32,000 nt of DNA from Prochlorococcus sp. MIT 0801 (GCF_000757865.1 NZ_CP007754.1:1410001-1442000), one strand, 5' to 3'; shown: positions 10,388 to 18,721, counted from the stretch's first letter. Made by a program: numbers and translations. Notes: a model not told the origin generated them from the letters alone.

Positions 10388-10951
10388 TTAGTTTTTCCTA
10401 AAAATCCTTTGCAATAACCATAAAGAAAAAATCAGACCAATCAAATGGGCAAACAAAACTTGAGTATTACTCAAAACAGAGAGCATTTCTAGAGAAGTAA
10501 TTGGATAATTTTCCATTGCTCTCATACCTGTTCCAATGGAAATGCCAGGAGCTTGCATTGAAGCCTGAACGAACAAAGCTCCTGCTAAAGATTGATATCC
10601 GATCGACGAAAAAACCAATCCAACTAAATCGACAATCAATCCTCTCTTTAGTAAGCGACTTGTTTCACCCCTACTTGGGCGCGCCTCACTGCCTAATGCT
10701 CTACCAGTCTTTACTATCATCCAGCCTTGCCAAAGGCTAAATAGCAATAATATAAATGCCAATGTCGTGAGAGACAAACCTGGCCCTAAGCCCAATGCTC
10801 TCTCGGAGTTTCTAGCTAAACTACTTCCAACATTGTTGAACAACAAAACACCCACTACCACTACACCTAAAATTGTTTGAATCCAAAACCGAAGCCAACC
10901 AATTCTTCTCAATCCCAGAGAAAGCAATTGAAAGTCGCGTTGATCTGCCAT
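10388..10951 (-). CDS. Multi-pass membrane protein, DUF3611-like (cyanobacteria/plastid lineage)
   Basis: Four predicted TM helices. The N-terminal LRRIGWLRFWIQTILGVV resembles my memory of DUF3611 proteins. The ATG at 10951 immediately follows the GTG at 10954. Confidence 0.7.
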   Translation of the reverse strand: MADQRDFQLLSLGLRRIGWLRFWIQTILGVVVVGVLLFNNVGSSLARNSERALGLGPGLSLTTLAFILLLFSLWQGWMIVKTGRALGSEARPSRGETSRLLKRGLIVDLVGLVFSSIGYQSLAGALFVQASMQAPGISIGTGMRAMENYPITSLEMLSVLSNTQVLFAHLIGLIFSLWLLQRIFRKN

Positions 10952-10978
10952 CACGATGAATAAGGCGATAAACCAAAC

Positions 10979-11932
10979 TTGCCATCAAAGCACAAAAATT
11001 GCACGTTTATCTTGATTCCTCTCTGTGCTCCTGAAAATGCAAAACTACCTACAGCACTAGCCTTAGGTAGTTTTGACGGTCTTCACTTAGGTCATAAAAA
11101 AGTAATAAATGCCATATTAAAAGAGCCAATTGGTGTTCCTACAGTTGTCAGTTTTTGGCCTCATCCCCGTGAGGTTCTGTTTGGAGAATCAAGATTAAGA
11201 TTGGATTTACCAAATGAAAAAACATTCCTGCTTGAACCTCTAGGAATAGAGCAACTAGTTTTGGTTCCATTTAATAAAAATCTTGCCTCAAAAAGTGCTG
11301 AAACATTTGTAGAAGAAGTTCTAGCAAAAACCCTTCATGCTAAACACATAGCGGTTGGAGAGAATTTTAGGTTTGGACGCAACCGAGAAGGTGACACTTC
11401 TACTTTAGAAAAGATAGGTGCCTCTCTAGGTATAAAAATTTCTATTGTTCCTATTGTTGAAGACAATCATGGTCGACTTAGTAGTAGCAGAGTAAGAAAA
11501 GCACTCAGCGACGGTGATTTAAAGCATGCAAAATATCTTTTGAAGCGTCCTTACACCTTTAGAGGGACGGTGGAGAAAGGAAGAGGTTTAGGAAAAAAAA
11601 TTGGATGGCCAACTGCAAATTTAAAAATAGATGGGCGAAAATTCCTTCCATCATTGGGGGTTTATGCCGCTTGGGCCTCCATAGCAAACAAAAAAGAACG
11701 TTTCTTAGCAGTTATGAATATGGGCCCTCAACCAACTATTGATCCAAACTCTTTATCAGCAGTAGAAGTTCACCTTCTAGACAAAGAAATCAATCTATTA
11801 GGACATGAATTAATTATCGAACCAGTGCAAAGAATTAGACTACAAAAAAAGTTTGAGAACATCGATGCGCTGAGCGAACAAATAAGTTTAGATGCAATAT
11901 TGGCAAAAGAAATACTGACAAAAAAACTTTGA
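10979..11932 (+). CDS. ribF: Bifunctional riboflavin kinase / FMN adenylyltransferase
   Basis: GSFDGLHLGH nucleotidyltransferase motif. C-terminal riboflavin-kinase region (GRGLGKKIGWPTANL, EVHLLD). No in-frame ATG precedes the motif, so the start must be TTG at 10979 or 11012. Confidence 0.9.
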   Translation: MPSKHKNCTFILIPLCAPENAKLPTALALGSFDGLHLGHKKVINAILKEPIGVPTVVSFWPHPREVLFGESRLRLDLPNEKTFLLEPLGIEQLVLVPFNKNLASKSAETFVEEVLAKTLHAKHIAVGENFRFGRNREGDTSTLEKIGASLGIKISIVPIVEDNHGRLSSSRVRKALSDGDLKHAKYLLKRPYTFRGTVEKGRGLGKKIGWPTANLKIDGRKFLPSLGVYAAWASIANKKERFLAVMNMGPQPTIDPNSLSAVEVHLLDKEINLLGHELIIEPVQRIRLQKKFENIDALSEQISLDAILAKEILTKKL

Positions 11933-11933
11933 T

Positions 11934-12026
11934 CTAATTAATTGTGGGATAAGCGTTGGATAATCCCCAAACTACAAATAAACCTATGCCTCCTAACAAA
12001 AAAACACCCCAAAGAAGCACATTCAT
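11934..12026 (-). CDS. Candidate 30-aa single-TM micro-protein (not in the ORF track)
   Basis: My own translation gives ATG..TAG encoding MNVLLWGVFLLGGIGLFVVWGLSNAYPTIN. This is one hydrophobic helix with a polar tail, and it fills most of the ribF-thiE spacer. An upstream in-frame GTG at 12050 would add 8 codons. Confidence 0.35.
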   Translation of the reverse strand: MNVLLWGVFLLGGIGLFVVWGLSNAYPTIN

Positions 12027-12088
12027 ATTGTTCTCAGAATCATTTTCCACAATAAAATTTAAATACACATCATCAAATAAAGGATGAC

Positions 12089-13141
12089 ATGAAATCAATG
12101 CCTGTCACCCCTCCGTCTGATAATCGTATTGCTCAATTAATTGACGCGAACCTTGATCGTGCAAGAGAAGGGCTTAGAGTTATGGAAGATTGGTGCAGAT
12201 TTGGTTTAAAGAGGAGTGATTTTTCGATTCAAATCAAAGATTGGAGGCAACAATTAGGAGTACATCACCACAATATTTATCGAAAAGAAAGGCTTACATC
12301 CAACGATCCAGCTATGGGCATTTCACATCCGTTACAAAAAGGCAGATCAACCCCAGAGGCTGTATTTATTGCGAACTCATCCAGAGTTCAAGAAGCCCTA
12401 AGAGTAATAGAGGAATTTACTCGAACAACAGATCCAAATCTTTGTGAAATAGCCAGCAAAATTAGATATGAAACTTATGAGATCGAGGTAAAGGTGCTTA
12501 ATTCGACAGAAGGCATAAATAAAAGACAAACCTTAAAAGATTGTTCCTTATACTTAATAACCTCAAATAGGACAGATCTCGAAGAGGTTGTTCTTCATGC
12601 TCTAAAAGCTGGTGTAAAAATAGTTCAATACAGAGAGAAATTTCTAAATGATAATGAAAAAATTTCACAAGCTAAATCTTTAGCCTCTCTTTGTAAAAAA
12701 TTCAATTCACTATTTATAGTCAATGACCGCATTGATATTGCACTCGCCGTTGACGCCGATGGGATTCATTTGGGACAAGAAGATATGCCAACAAAAATCG
12801 CGAGAGAGCTCCTAGGGGCTGAAAAAATCATTGGCAAAAGCACGCACTGTCTTGAAGACATCAAAAACGCCGAAGGAGAAGGCTGTGATTATATTGGTAT
12901 GGGACCAATATTTTCCTCTGAAACAAAAAAGCAACTAAATCCCATTGGAATTGACTACCTAAAAAAAGGATTAAGTGAAACTCTTCTACCTGCTTTTGCT
13001 ATTGGGGGAATCAATAAATCAAATATCACAAAATTAAATCAGATCCATAATCTTCGCATAGCTGTATCCAATGCAATCATTAATTCAAATGATTCCTTTT
13101 CAACAACTGATGAACTTATCCAACTTCTAAAATGCAATTAA
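12089..13141 (+). CDS. thiE: Thiamine-phosphate synthase with the long N-terminal extension typical of cyanobacterial ThiE
   Basis: C-terminal TMP-synthase domain (LYLITS, VQYREK, GIHLGQEDMP, AIGGI) preceded by an extra domain of about 150 aa. Overlaps thiS by 10 nt. Confidence 0.9.
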   Translation: MKSMPVTPPSDNRIAQLIDANLDRAREGLRVMEDWCRFGLKRSDFSIQIKDWRQQLGVHHHNIYRKERLTSNDPAMGISHPLQKGRSTPEAVFIANSSRVQEALRVIEEFTRTTDPNLCEIASKIRYETYEIEVKVLNSTEGINKRQTLKDCSLYLITSNRTDLEEVVLHALKAGVKIVQYREKFLNDNEKISQAKSLASLCKKFNSLFIVNDRIDIALAVDADGIHLGQEDMPTKIARELLGAEKIIGKSTHCLEDIKNAEGEGCDYIGMGPIFSSETKKQLNPIGIDYLKKGLSETLLPAFAIGGINKSNITKLNQIHNLRIAVSNAIINSNDSFSTTDELIQLLKCN

Positions 13142-13350
13142 AAATTAACGGCGAAATTAAAACCATTAACAACTCCAATGAAGAATTACTAATGGAAACT
13201 TTGCTTGAAAACTTAGGCTACAAACCTCAGTTAGTTGTAGTTGAATTAAATGGTGAAATTATTAGCCCAAAAGTTTGGACAAATACAAAAATCAATCATG
13301 GCGATTGCTTAGAAGTTGTGACAATTGTTGGTGGAGGTTCCTACAGTTAG
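13132..13350 (+). CDS. thiS: Sulfur-carrier protein ThiS, with a 3-residue tail after the GGG
   Basis: 72 aa with a beta-grasp-like sequence (MQLKINGE...VELNGEII...GDCLEVVTIVGGG). Overlaps thiE. The frame continues as SYS before TAG. Confidence 0.85.
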   Translation: MQLKINGEIKTINNSNEELLMETLLENLGYKPQLVVVELNGEIISPKVWTNTKINHGDCLEVVTIVGGGSYS

Positions 13351-13368
13351 TTAATCCTGAATAGATAA

Positions 13369-14337
13369 GTGTTCAAAACTACTCGCTTAAGTTGGATTAA
13401 AAGAAAACAGATTTTTTCTTTTCTGGTTGTTTCAACAATAATCTTTTTTTCTTTATTTACCAGTCCCAACACTGCATCAGCAGCTAGTGGAGGACGAATA
13501 GGTGGAGGAAGTTTTCAGGCGCCTTCTTCATCACCACGAAGACAAAATTACGGAGGCTATGGAGGTAATAACTTTCGAGGTTATGGAAGTGGATATAGAG
13601 GTGGTGGTATTGGTTTTCCTTTTTTATTGCCAATATTTGGCTTTGGCGGAGGTGGGATCTTTGGGTTTTTAATACTTATGTCAATCGTTGGTGTGATTGT
13701 TAATTCATTTAAAAGCTCTTCAAATTTCTCCAACGCAAGCAATAACTCAATAGTTTCTCAATCAACGAACCCATCCAAAGTTTCTTTAATTCAATTTCAA
13801 ATTGGCTTACTAGCAAGTGCAAAAGAAATTCAAGTGAGTCTAAGGGAGCTTGCCGCCTCCTCAAATACCTCAACTTCATCTGGCCTTCAAAGAGTTCTTC
13901 AAGACACAACACTGTCCTTACTTAGGCAGCCTGAATTATGGGTCTATTCAAATATAGAAACAGGTTCTGTTCCATATGCCTCAGCAGAATCAACATTTAA
14001 TCGGATATCAATAACTGAAAGAAGCAAACTAAAGGCTGAGCTCACATCAAACTATTCTGGTCAAATATCTAGCTCAACAAATAAACAATCCAATCCTGGA
14101 GATTCTGATTCGACAAATGAATACATCGCCATAACGATTCTCGTAGCAACAAAAAAGGATTTAAGACTTCAAAATTCCGTAAATAACGAAGTCATCACAG
14201 AAGCATTAAGAATCTTAGGGTCAATATCATCAAATGACTTAATTGCCTTAGAAGTTATTTGGCAACCTGACGGAGAAGGAGAGACTCTGAGAGAAGAAGA
14301 ACTAATAATTCAATACCCAAATCTTAAACATTTATAA
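13369..14337 (+). CDS. Glycine-rich membrane protein, DUF1517-like
   Basis: Signal/anchor sequence, then GGRIGGGSF and a GY/GG-rich segment, then a TM helix and a C-terminal soluble domain. This matches my recollection of DUF1517 (cyanobacteria/plants). GTG start. Confidence 0.78.
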   Translation: MFKTTRLSWIKRKQIFSFLVVSTIIFFSLFTSPNTASAASGGRIGGGSFQAPSSSPRRQNYGGYGGNNFRGYGSGYRGGGIGFPFLLPIFGFGGGGIFGFLILMSIVGVIVNSFKSSSNFSNASNNSIVSQSTNPSKVSLIQFQIGLLASAKEIQVSLRELAASSNTSTSSGLQRVLQDTTLSLLRQPELWVYSNIETGSVPYASAESTFNRISITERSKLKAELTSNYSGQISSSTNKQSNPGDSDSTNEYIAITILVATKKDLRLQNSVNNEVITEALRILGSISSNDLIALEVIWQPDGEGETLREEELIIQYPNLKHL

Positions 14338-14463
14338 AGTCAGTGTCCAAAATAACCAAAAAACGGATTTCTTTATATTTTTTTCATCTTATTTACGTAA
14401 ACAATAGTCAATTCTTGCGTAAATAGCAGTTAGGATTCGCTCACATATTTATCAACTACGGTA

Positions 14464-14631
14464 GTGTCGGCCTCTTCACAACCAGAACCTCGCTCAATGA
14501 AATGGGAAAGCTCGGGAGAGTTAGCTCAAAGAGATTTATCAGAATTAGTAACTCGTCTTCTAGATGTTGAATCGAGCAACAATAGTGATGAGCTAACAAG
14601 ACTTAGCAGCAAATATGACGAAGAATCTTAA
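14464..14631 (+). CDS. Candidate small acidic ORF (55 aa from GTG; 44 aa from ATG at 14497), not in the ORF track
   Basis: My own translation gives (VSASSQPEPRS)MKWESSGELAQRDLSELVTRLLDVESSNNSDELTRLSSKYDEES. GC appears higher than in the flanking spacer. No motif recognised. Confidence 0.3.
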   Translation: MSASSQPEPRSMKWESSGELAQRDLSELVTRLLDVESSNNSDELTRLSSKYDEES

Positions 14632-14696
14632 GACTATAAATACCCCCTTGCGCTCCTCAAGTTAATAGTTCAACTTAAGAGAAAGAAGCGAGTTTT

Positions 14697-14855
14697 ATGA
14701 GAAGAAAGACTATTCAATGGATAAACACACCTGTTCTTTCTGAAGCAATATTCCGTTATGAGAAAGGTCTACTTCCTAACTCAATGAAACTATGGTTAGA
14801 GCAGGTTCTAGAAATAAACTCCGAAAAATCCATACAAAAATCCTTGACAAAATAA
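14697..14855 (+). CDS. Candidate small basic ORF (52 aa), not in the ORF track
   Basis: My own translation gives MRRKTIQWINTPVLSEAIFRYEKGLLPNSMKLWLEQVLEINSEKSIQKSLTK. A purine-rich GAGAAAGAAG lies 8 nt upstream of the ATG. The ORF ends 8 nt from the convergent larB stop. Confidence 0.35.
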   Translation: MRRKTIQWINTPVLSEAIFRYEKGLLPNSMKLWLEQVLEINSEKSIQKSLTK

Positions 14856-14863
14856 AATCAAAA

Positions 14864-15511
14864 TTAGGTTGATAAAATTCTCAAAGCAGCCATCGCGGCT
14901 CCATAACCATTATCAATATTCACTACTGTTAATCCAGGTGCACAACTTGCAAGCATTCCCTCCAAGGCAGTTTTACCACCACCACTAAGCCCATACCCAA
15001 CTGAGACAGGAAGTCCAATAATTGGCTGAGGGATTAACCCAGCCAGCACCGTAGGCAAAGCCCCCTCCATCCCTGCACATGCAATAACTACTTTTGCTAA
15101 TTTTATTTCTTCAAGCCTGTCTAGCAACCTGTGAAGTCCTGCTACGCCAACATCAATCAACAATTTAGTTTTTATTCCATGCAAGTTCAAAGCTATTTCT
15201 GCTTCTGATGCCACTCCAACATCACTGGTTCCTCCAGTCAAAATAATTACTTCTTCCTCAGAAGAAGTACATTCCTTAAATCCCCCCAAAGTTAGACAAC
15301 CAGATATTTCATGAAATTCTGCAGAAGGAAATTCAACTAAAAGTTTTTGTCCCTTTTCTTTAGTTAGTCTTGTCACTAAAGCAGTTTCACACTCACGTTG
15401 ATATTTTTTCAATATTTCAGATATTTGTTTAATTGTTTTATGCTCCCCCCATATGGCCTCAACTACGCCGAGTCGAGTTCGCCTCTGAAAATCAATAATT
15501 GATTCATTCAT
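14864..15511 (-). CDS. larB: PurE-like NCAIR-mutase-fold protein, LarB/CpmA family
   Basis: PurE-like core (ILTGGTSDVGVASEAE; CAGMEGALPTVLAGL; GLPVSVGYG) with the N-terminal extension typical of LarB and the cyanobacterial circadian phase modifier CpmA. Confidence 0.85.
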   Translation of the reverse strand: MNESIIDFQRRTRLGVVEAIWGEHKTIKQISEILKKYQRECETALVTRLTKEKGQKLLVEFPSAEFHEISGCLTLGGFKECTSSEEEVIILTGGTSDVGVASEAEIALNLHGIKTKLLIDVGVAGLHRLLDRLEEIKLAKVVIACAGMEGALPTVLAGLIPQPIIGLPVSVGYGLSGGGKTALEGMLASCAPGLTVVNIDNGYGAAMAALRILST

Positions 15512-15514
15512 TAT

Positions 15515-15970
15515 TTACTCTGGATTTAATTCCCCCTCAAAGATCAATGGAAAAGGATTTCCACTTCGTTCACCTGTTTCCTTTCTGGCAATCTTTTCAA
15601 AGTCATGCTGGACAAAATTTATTTCTGTCTGCGAAATGCTTTTCCAAACGGCTCTTGACTCCCACCCGATTAATAAGGTTGCTTCCTCTTCTTTAGGATC
15701 CCAAAAAAGTTGACGTCCTAAAAAACCATCTTGTTTTAACAACCAGGGCTCCCAACTTCCTTCTTCAGCTTTTAACCAAGCATTTTTAAATTTTTTCGGA
15801 ACATCAAGCTTAAGGTGCTCAACAATAGATTCCTTTGGAAAATTCACTTTCAATAAAGACTCAGCTTGAATATTTTTCACGTTTCCAAAAATAGTTGAAA
15901 TAAAAATCACACTTAATAAAAGGAAACTATATATTTTTTCGCTAAAAAATTTAGTTCTAAGAGTTTTCAT
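15515..15970 (-). CDS. Conserved cyanobacterial hypothetical protein with signal peptide (possibly TIGR03792/ABM-like)
   Basis: Signal-like N-terminus MKTLRTKFF...[20 protein letters not shown]. The body ([17 protein letters not shown]...[12 protein letters not shown]) resembles a small alpha+beta-barrel family. It overlaps the ispF stop by 14 nt and lies 3 nt from the larB start. Confidence 0.65.
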   Translation of the reverse strand: MKTLRTKFFSEKIYSFLLLSVIFISTIFGNVKNIQAESLLKVNFPKESIVEHLKLDVPKKFKNAWLKAEEGSWEPWLLKQDGFLGRQLFWDPKEEEATLLIGWESRAVWKSISQTEINFVQHDFEKIARKETGERSGNPFPLIFEGELNPE

Positions 15971-17183
15971 TCCTTTTCATTAAAACAACTGCATGACAAC
16001 ATATACCCTCTTCTCTTCCCTCCGCACCTAATTTCTCATTTGTAGTAGCTTTAACTCCTACATCATCAATGTTCACTCTTACTTTCTTAGATATCTTCTC
16101 CTTCATTAAGTCAATATAAGGTTTTAATTTTGGCCTTTCAGCGACAATAACTGAATCAATATTTTGAATTTGCCAACCTTTCTTCTCAATTAATTCGATG
16201 ACATGTCCAAGCAGAATTAAACTGTCTGCATTTTTCCATTTCGGGTCATCTGGAGGGAAATACTTTCCAATATCGCCCAATGATAACGCACCTAATATTG
16301 CGTCCATAATTGCATGAGTAAGAACATCTGCATCACTATGCCCATCAAGGCCTAAACCCTCTGGATGGTTTAACTCTACCCCTCCAAGAATTAAAGGTCT
16401 TCCAGAAACCAATCGGTGCATGTCATAACCGTTGCCTATTCGTAAGTTCACTTCAGTTTTCAATAATGAACTTCTTTTAATAAATGATAATTGGTCGAGC
16501 TTCCAAAGTTCGAACAAATCGGGTCTACGTGACTGCGTCCTGATTTCTCTTTGCTTCTGCCTCCATTCTCTAATTAATTTATGGTTACCACTCAAAAGGA
16601 CATCAGGAACTTTCACACCTCTAAATTCTGCGGGTCGGGTGTATTGGGGATGTTCTAAAAGAAACTCATTATGACTTTCTTCTTCTAATGATTCGGGACT
16701 GCCTAAAGTTCCCGGTAATAGACGTACAACTCCATTAATAAGAGTTATTGCAGGAATTTCTCCACCCGTAAGAACAAAGTCTCCAATTGAAATTTCTTCA
16801 TCAGCTAAAGACCTAATCCTTTCATCAAATCCCTCATAGCTACCACATATCAATATGAGTTGATCTTCTTTTGACCATCTAGAAAAATCAGATTGAGATA
16901 TTTTTCTACCTTGTGGAGTCATCAAAAGTATTCTTTTTTTATTGAGCTTTGGAATTTGATCAAAAACCGAAAAATAGGGTTCTGGCTTTAAGACCATTCC
17001 TGCGCCTCCGCCATATGGTTCATCATCAACTTTTCGATAATTATCCATAGCGTGATCACGAGGATTATGTATATAAATTGATGCAATCTTCTCTTCAAAT
17101 GCTTTTTTTATTAGTCCATGATTAAAAAAAATTTTAAAAGCTTCTGGGAAAAGGCTTACGACATCGAATCTTAATTTACTCAT
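15957..17183 (-). CDS. trmD/ispF: Single 408-codon frame encoding TrmD (tRNA m1G37 methyltransferase, residues about 1-232) fused to IspF (MEcPP synthase, residues about 246-408)
   Basis: TrmD motifs: [39 protein letters not shown]. IspF motifs: [47 protein letters not shown] re-translated the junction by hand (..[28 protein letters not shown]..) and found no stop codon. Confidence 0.85.
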   Translation of the reverse strand: MSKLRFDVVSLFPEAFKIFFNHGLIKKAFEEKIASIYIHNPRDHAMDNYRKVDDEPYGGGAGMVLKPEPYFSVFDQIPKLNKKRILLMTPQGRKISQSDFSRWSKEDQLILICGSYEGFDERIRSLADEEISIGDFVLTGGEIPAITLINGVVRLLPGTLGSPESLEEESHNEFLLEHPQYTRPAEFRGVKVPDVLLSGNHKLIREWRQKQREIRTQSRRPDLFELWKLDQLSFIKRSSLLKTEVNLRIGNGYDMHRLVSGRPLILGGVELNHPEGLGLDGHSDADVLTHAIMDAILGALSLGDIGKYFPPDDPKWKNADSLILLGHVIELIEKKGWQIQNIDSVIVAERPKLKPYIDLMKEKISKKVRVNIDDVGVKATTNEKLGAEGREEGICCHAVVLMKRNENS

Positions 17184-17188
17184 ATAAA

Positions 17189-18130
17189 TTAGCTACCTTC
17201 ATAACCAAACTCATTAAGCCGAGAAGATTTACTTCTCCAGTCAGGCACAACTTTAACAAACAGTTCTAGATAGACATTTCCATTAATTAAAGGTTGAATT
17301 TGCATTCTTGATTCCTGGCCAATTTTCTTCAACATGCTTCCCCCTTTACCTATTAAAATTCCTTTCTGACTTTTTTTCTCAACACAAATAGTTGCAAGAA
17401 TTCCAGTTCTTGGTCTCTGTTCAGATTTTTTTTTCGAGGGTATGTCTTCAATTTTATCAATAGAGACTGCAACACTATGAGGTACTTCTTCGCGTGTATT
17501 TATTAAAACTTGTTCTCTTATAAATTCAGCTATCAAAAACTTCTCAGGATGGTCACAAGTCATATCACTTGGATATAGCTGAGGTCCAAAAGGTAGTGTT
17601 TCTTCTATTTCACTAATTAACTCATTACATCCCTGACCTGTAAGAGCGCTACAACAAAAGACTGGCCAATTAGTACCATCTAAAAATTCTAAATATTCTT
17701 TCTTTCTTTCTTTAGATTGACTCAACGCTATAAGATCCCATTTATTCAAGGCAACAATGACAGGGATTTTTAAATTCCTGATCAAATTCAAAATAAATGC
17801 GTCCCCCCTCCCTGGAGAATAGCTGGCTTCAAAAATAACTAAGACTGCATCAACATCTCCAATAGACCTCTTGGCACTCTGAACAAGTCTTTCACCTAAT
17901 AAATGATGTGGCTTATGAATACCAGGAGTATCTACAAAAATAATCTGAGACTTTTCATTCGTGAGTATTACTTTCAAGCGATTTCTAGTGGTTTGAGCAA
18001 TTGGAGATGTAATTGCTATTTTCTCACCGATAAATTTGTTTATGAAAGTTGATTTGCCTACATTGGGTCTACCGATTAATGCAATAAACCCTGATTTAAA
18101 ATCCTCTTTACTCAAATCTCCCAAAGACAT
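17189..18130 (-). CDS. era: GTPase Era
   Basis: G1 [10 protein letters not shown]3 DTPG, G4 NKWD and a C-terminal KH domain ([15 protein letters not shown]). Its stop lies 5 nt upstream of the trmD start. Confidence 0.95.
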   Translation of the reverse strand: MSLGDLSKEDFKSGFIALIGRPNVGKSTFINKFIGEKIAITSPIAQTTRNRLKVILTNEKSQIIFVDTPGIHKPHHLLGERLVQSAKRSIGDVDAVLVIFEASYSPGRGDAFILNLIRNLKIPVIVALNKWDLIALSQSKERKKEYLEFLDGTNWPVFCCSALTGQGCNELISEIEETLPFGPQLYPSDMTCDHPEKFLIAEFIREQVLINTREEVPHSVAVSIDKIEDIPSKKKSEQRPRTGILATICVEKKSQKGILIGKGGSMLKKIGQESRMQIQPLINGNVYLELFVKVVPDWRSKSSRLNEFGYEGS

Positions 18131-18181
18131 TTCCTTTCTCTACGATTATCTATAGCCTTACTATAAAAGTGCAATAAAACC

Positions 18182-18694
18182 ATGAATGAGCAGAAACCAA
18201 CTTTTAAAGAAGCAATGGAAGCAACAATGATTTGGTGCAAAAGTTGGGAAAATGATGAAATAAGTGACGAAGTTATTTCTGATCGAATTGGCGAGCTTAT
18301 TAAAACGGTGGAAGGTGCAAGAGGATTTTTTGTTGTAAGTCTCTCAATAGATTGTCCATTAATGGATAGATTCCCAGATGCTTTGATTTTTCAATTAAGA
18401 AGTTCTGGAGATATTATTGTTGATTTAACCGTAAAAAATCTTGCAATGAGTTCAGCAATGGTAATAACACATCACGATAATAATGATTCACAAGAAATCC
18501 AGTCAGAGAGAATAAAAATTCGATGTATAGAGTTACTTAAACTATTAGATTCAAATCAGGTAAAAAAACGTTTAGATGTTTTACTTGAAGCAACAAAAGG
18601 GAATGGAACGGACTTGAAGTTTCTTAACAAATGGGATTTTAACGATAAACAAATCAATGCAATATCAGAAAGTATCTATGAAGTTGCAACATAA
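18182..18694 (+). CDS. Hypothetical protein (170 aa)
   Basis: Clean ATG ORF followed by a canonical terminator. No motif recognised. Confidence 0.65.
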   Translation: MNEQKPTFKEAMEATMIWCKSWENDEISDEVISDRIGELIKTVEGARGFFVVSLSIDCPLMDRFPDALIFQLRSSGDIIVDLTVKNLAMSSAMVITHHDNNDSQEIQSERIKIRCIELLKLLDSNQVKKRLDVLLEATKGNGTDLKFLNKWDFNDKQINAISESIYEVAT

Positions 18695-18721
18695 AAAAAG
18701 AGCCTTACGGCTCTTTTTTTA
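18693..18721. terminator. Bidirectional rho-independent terminator between convergent genes
   Basis: A-run (18693-18699), stem AGAGCC (18699-18704), loop TTAC, stem GGCTCT (18709-18714), then a T-run (18715-18720). The stem can extend through A:T pairs, so it can serve both strands. Confidence 0.75.

Noticed and set aside
11934-12026. Identification of the 30-aa micro-ORF as cytochrome b6f subunit PetN, based on its VVWG motif.
   Set aside because: The Trp-to-VVWG spacing and the flanking residues do not match the highly conserved PetN sequence as I remember it. The resemblance is probably compositional.
11933-12088. Possible TPP riboswitch upstream of thiE; a CTGAGA element is present on the minus strand near 12033-12038.
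   Set aside because: It is on the wrong strand for thiE. The element order is wrong relative to the GGGGTG-like box, and there is no ACCTGATCTGGATAATGCCAGCG-type core. The spacer is better explained by the micro-ORF.
14397-14410. NtcA-like site GTAAACAATAGTCA (GTA-N8-TCA) upstream of the small ORFs.
   Set aside because: The second half-site is TCA rather than TAC, and no convincing -10 hexamer lies about 22 nt downstream. This is insufficient for a call.
14464-14855. Reading the acidic and basic small-ORF pair as a type II toxin-antitoxin module.
   Set aside because: Both are well below typical toxin or antitoxin sizes. They are separated by 65 nt rather than overlapping. Neither shows a recognisable toxin fold or DNA-binding motif. 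The idea rests on charge alone.
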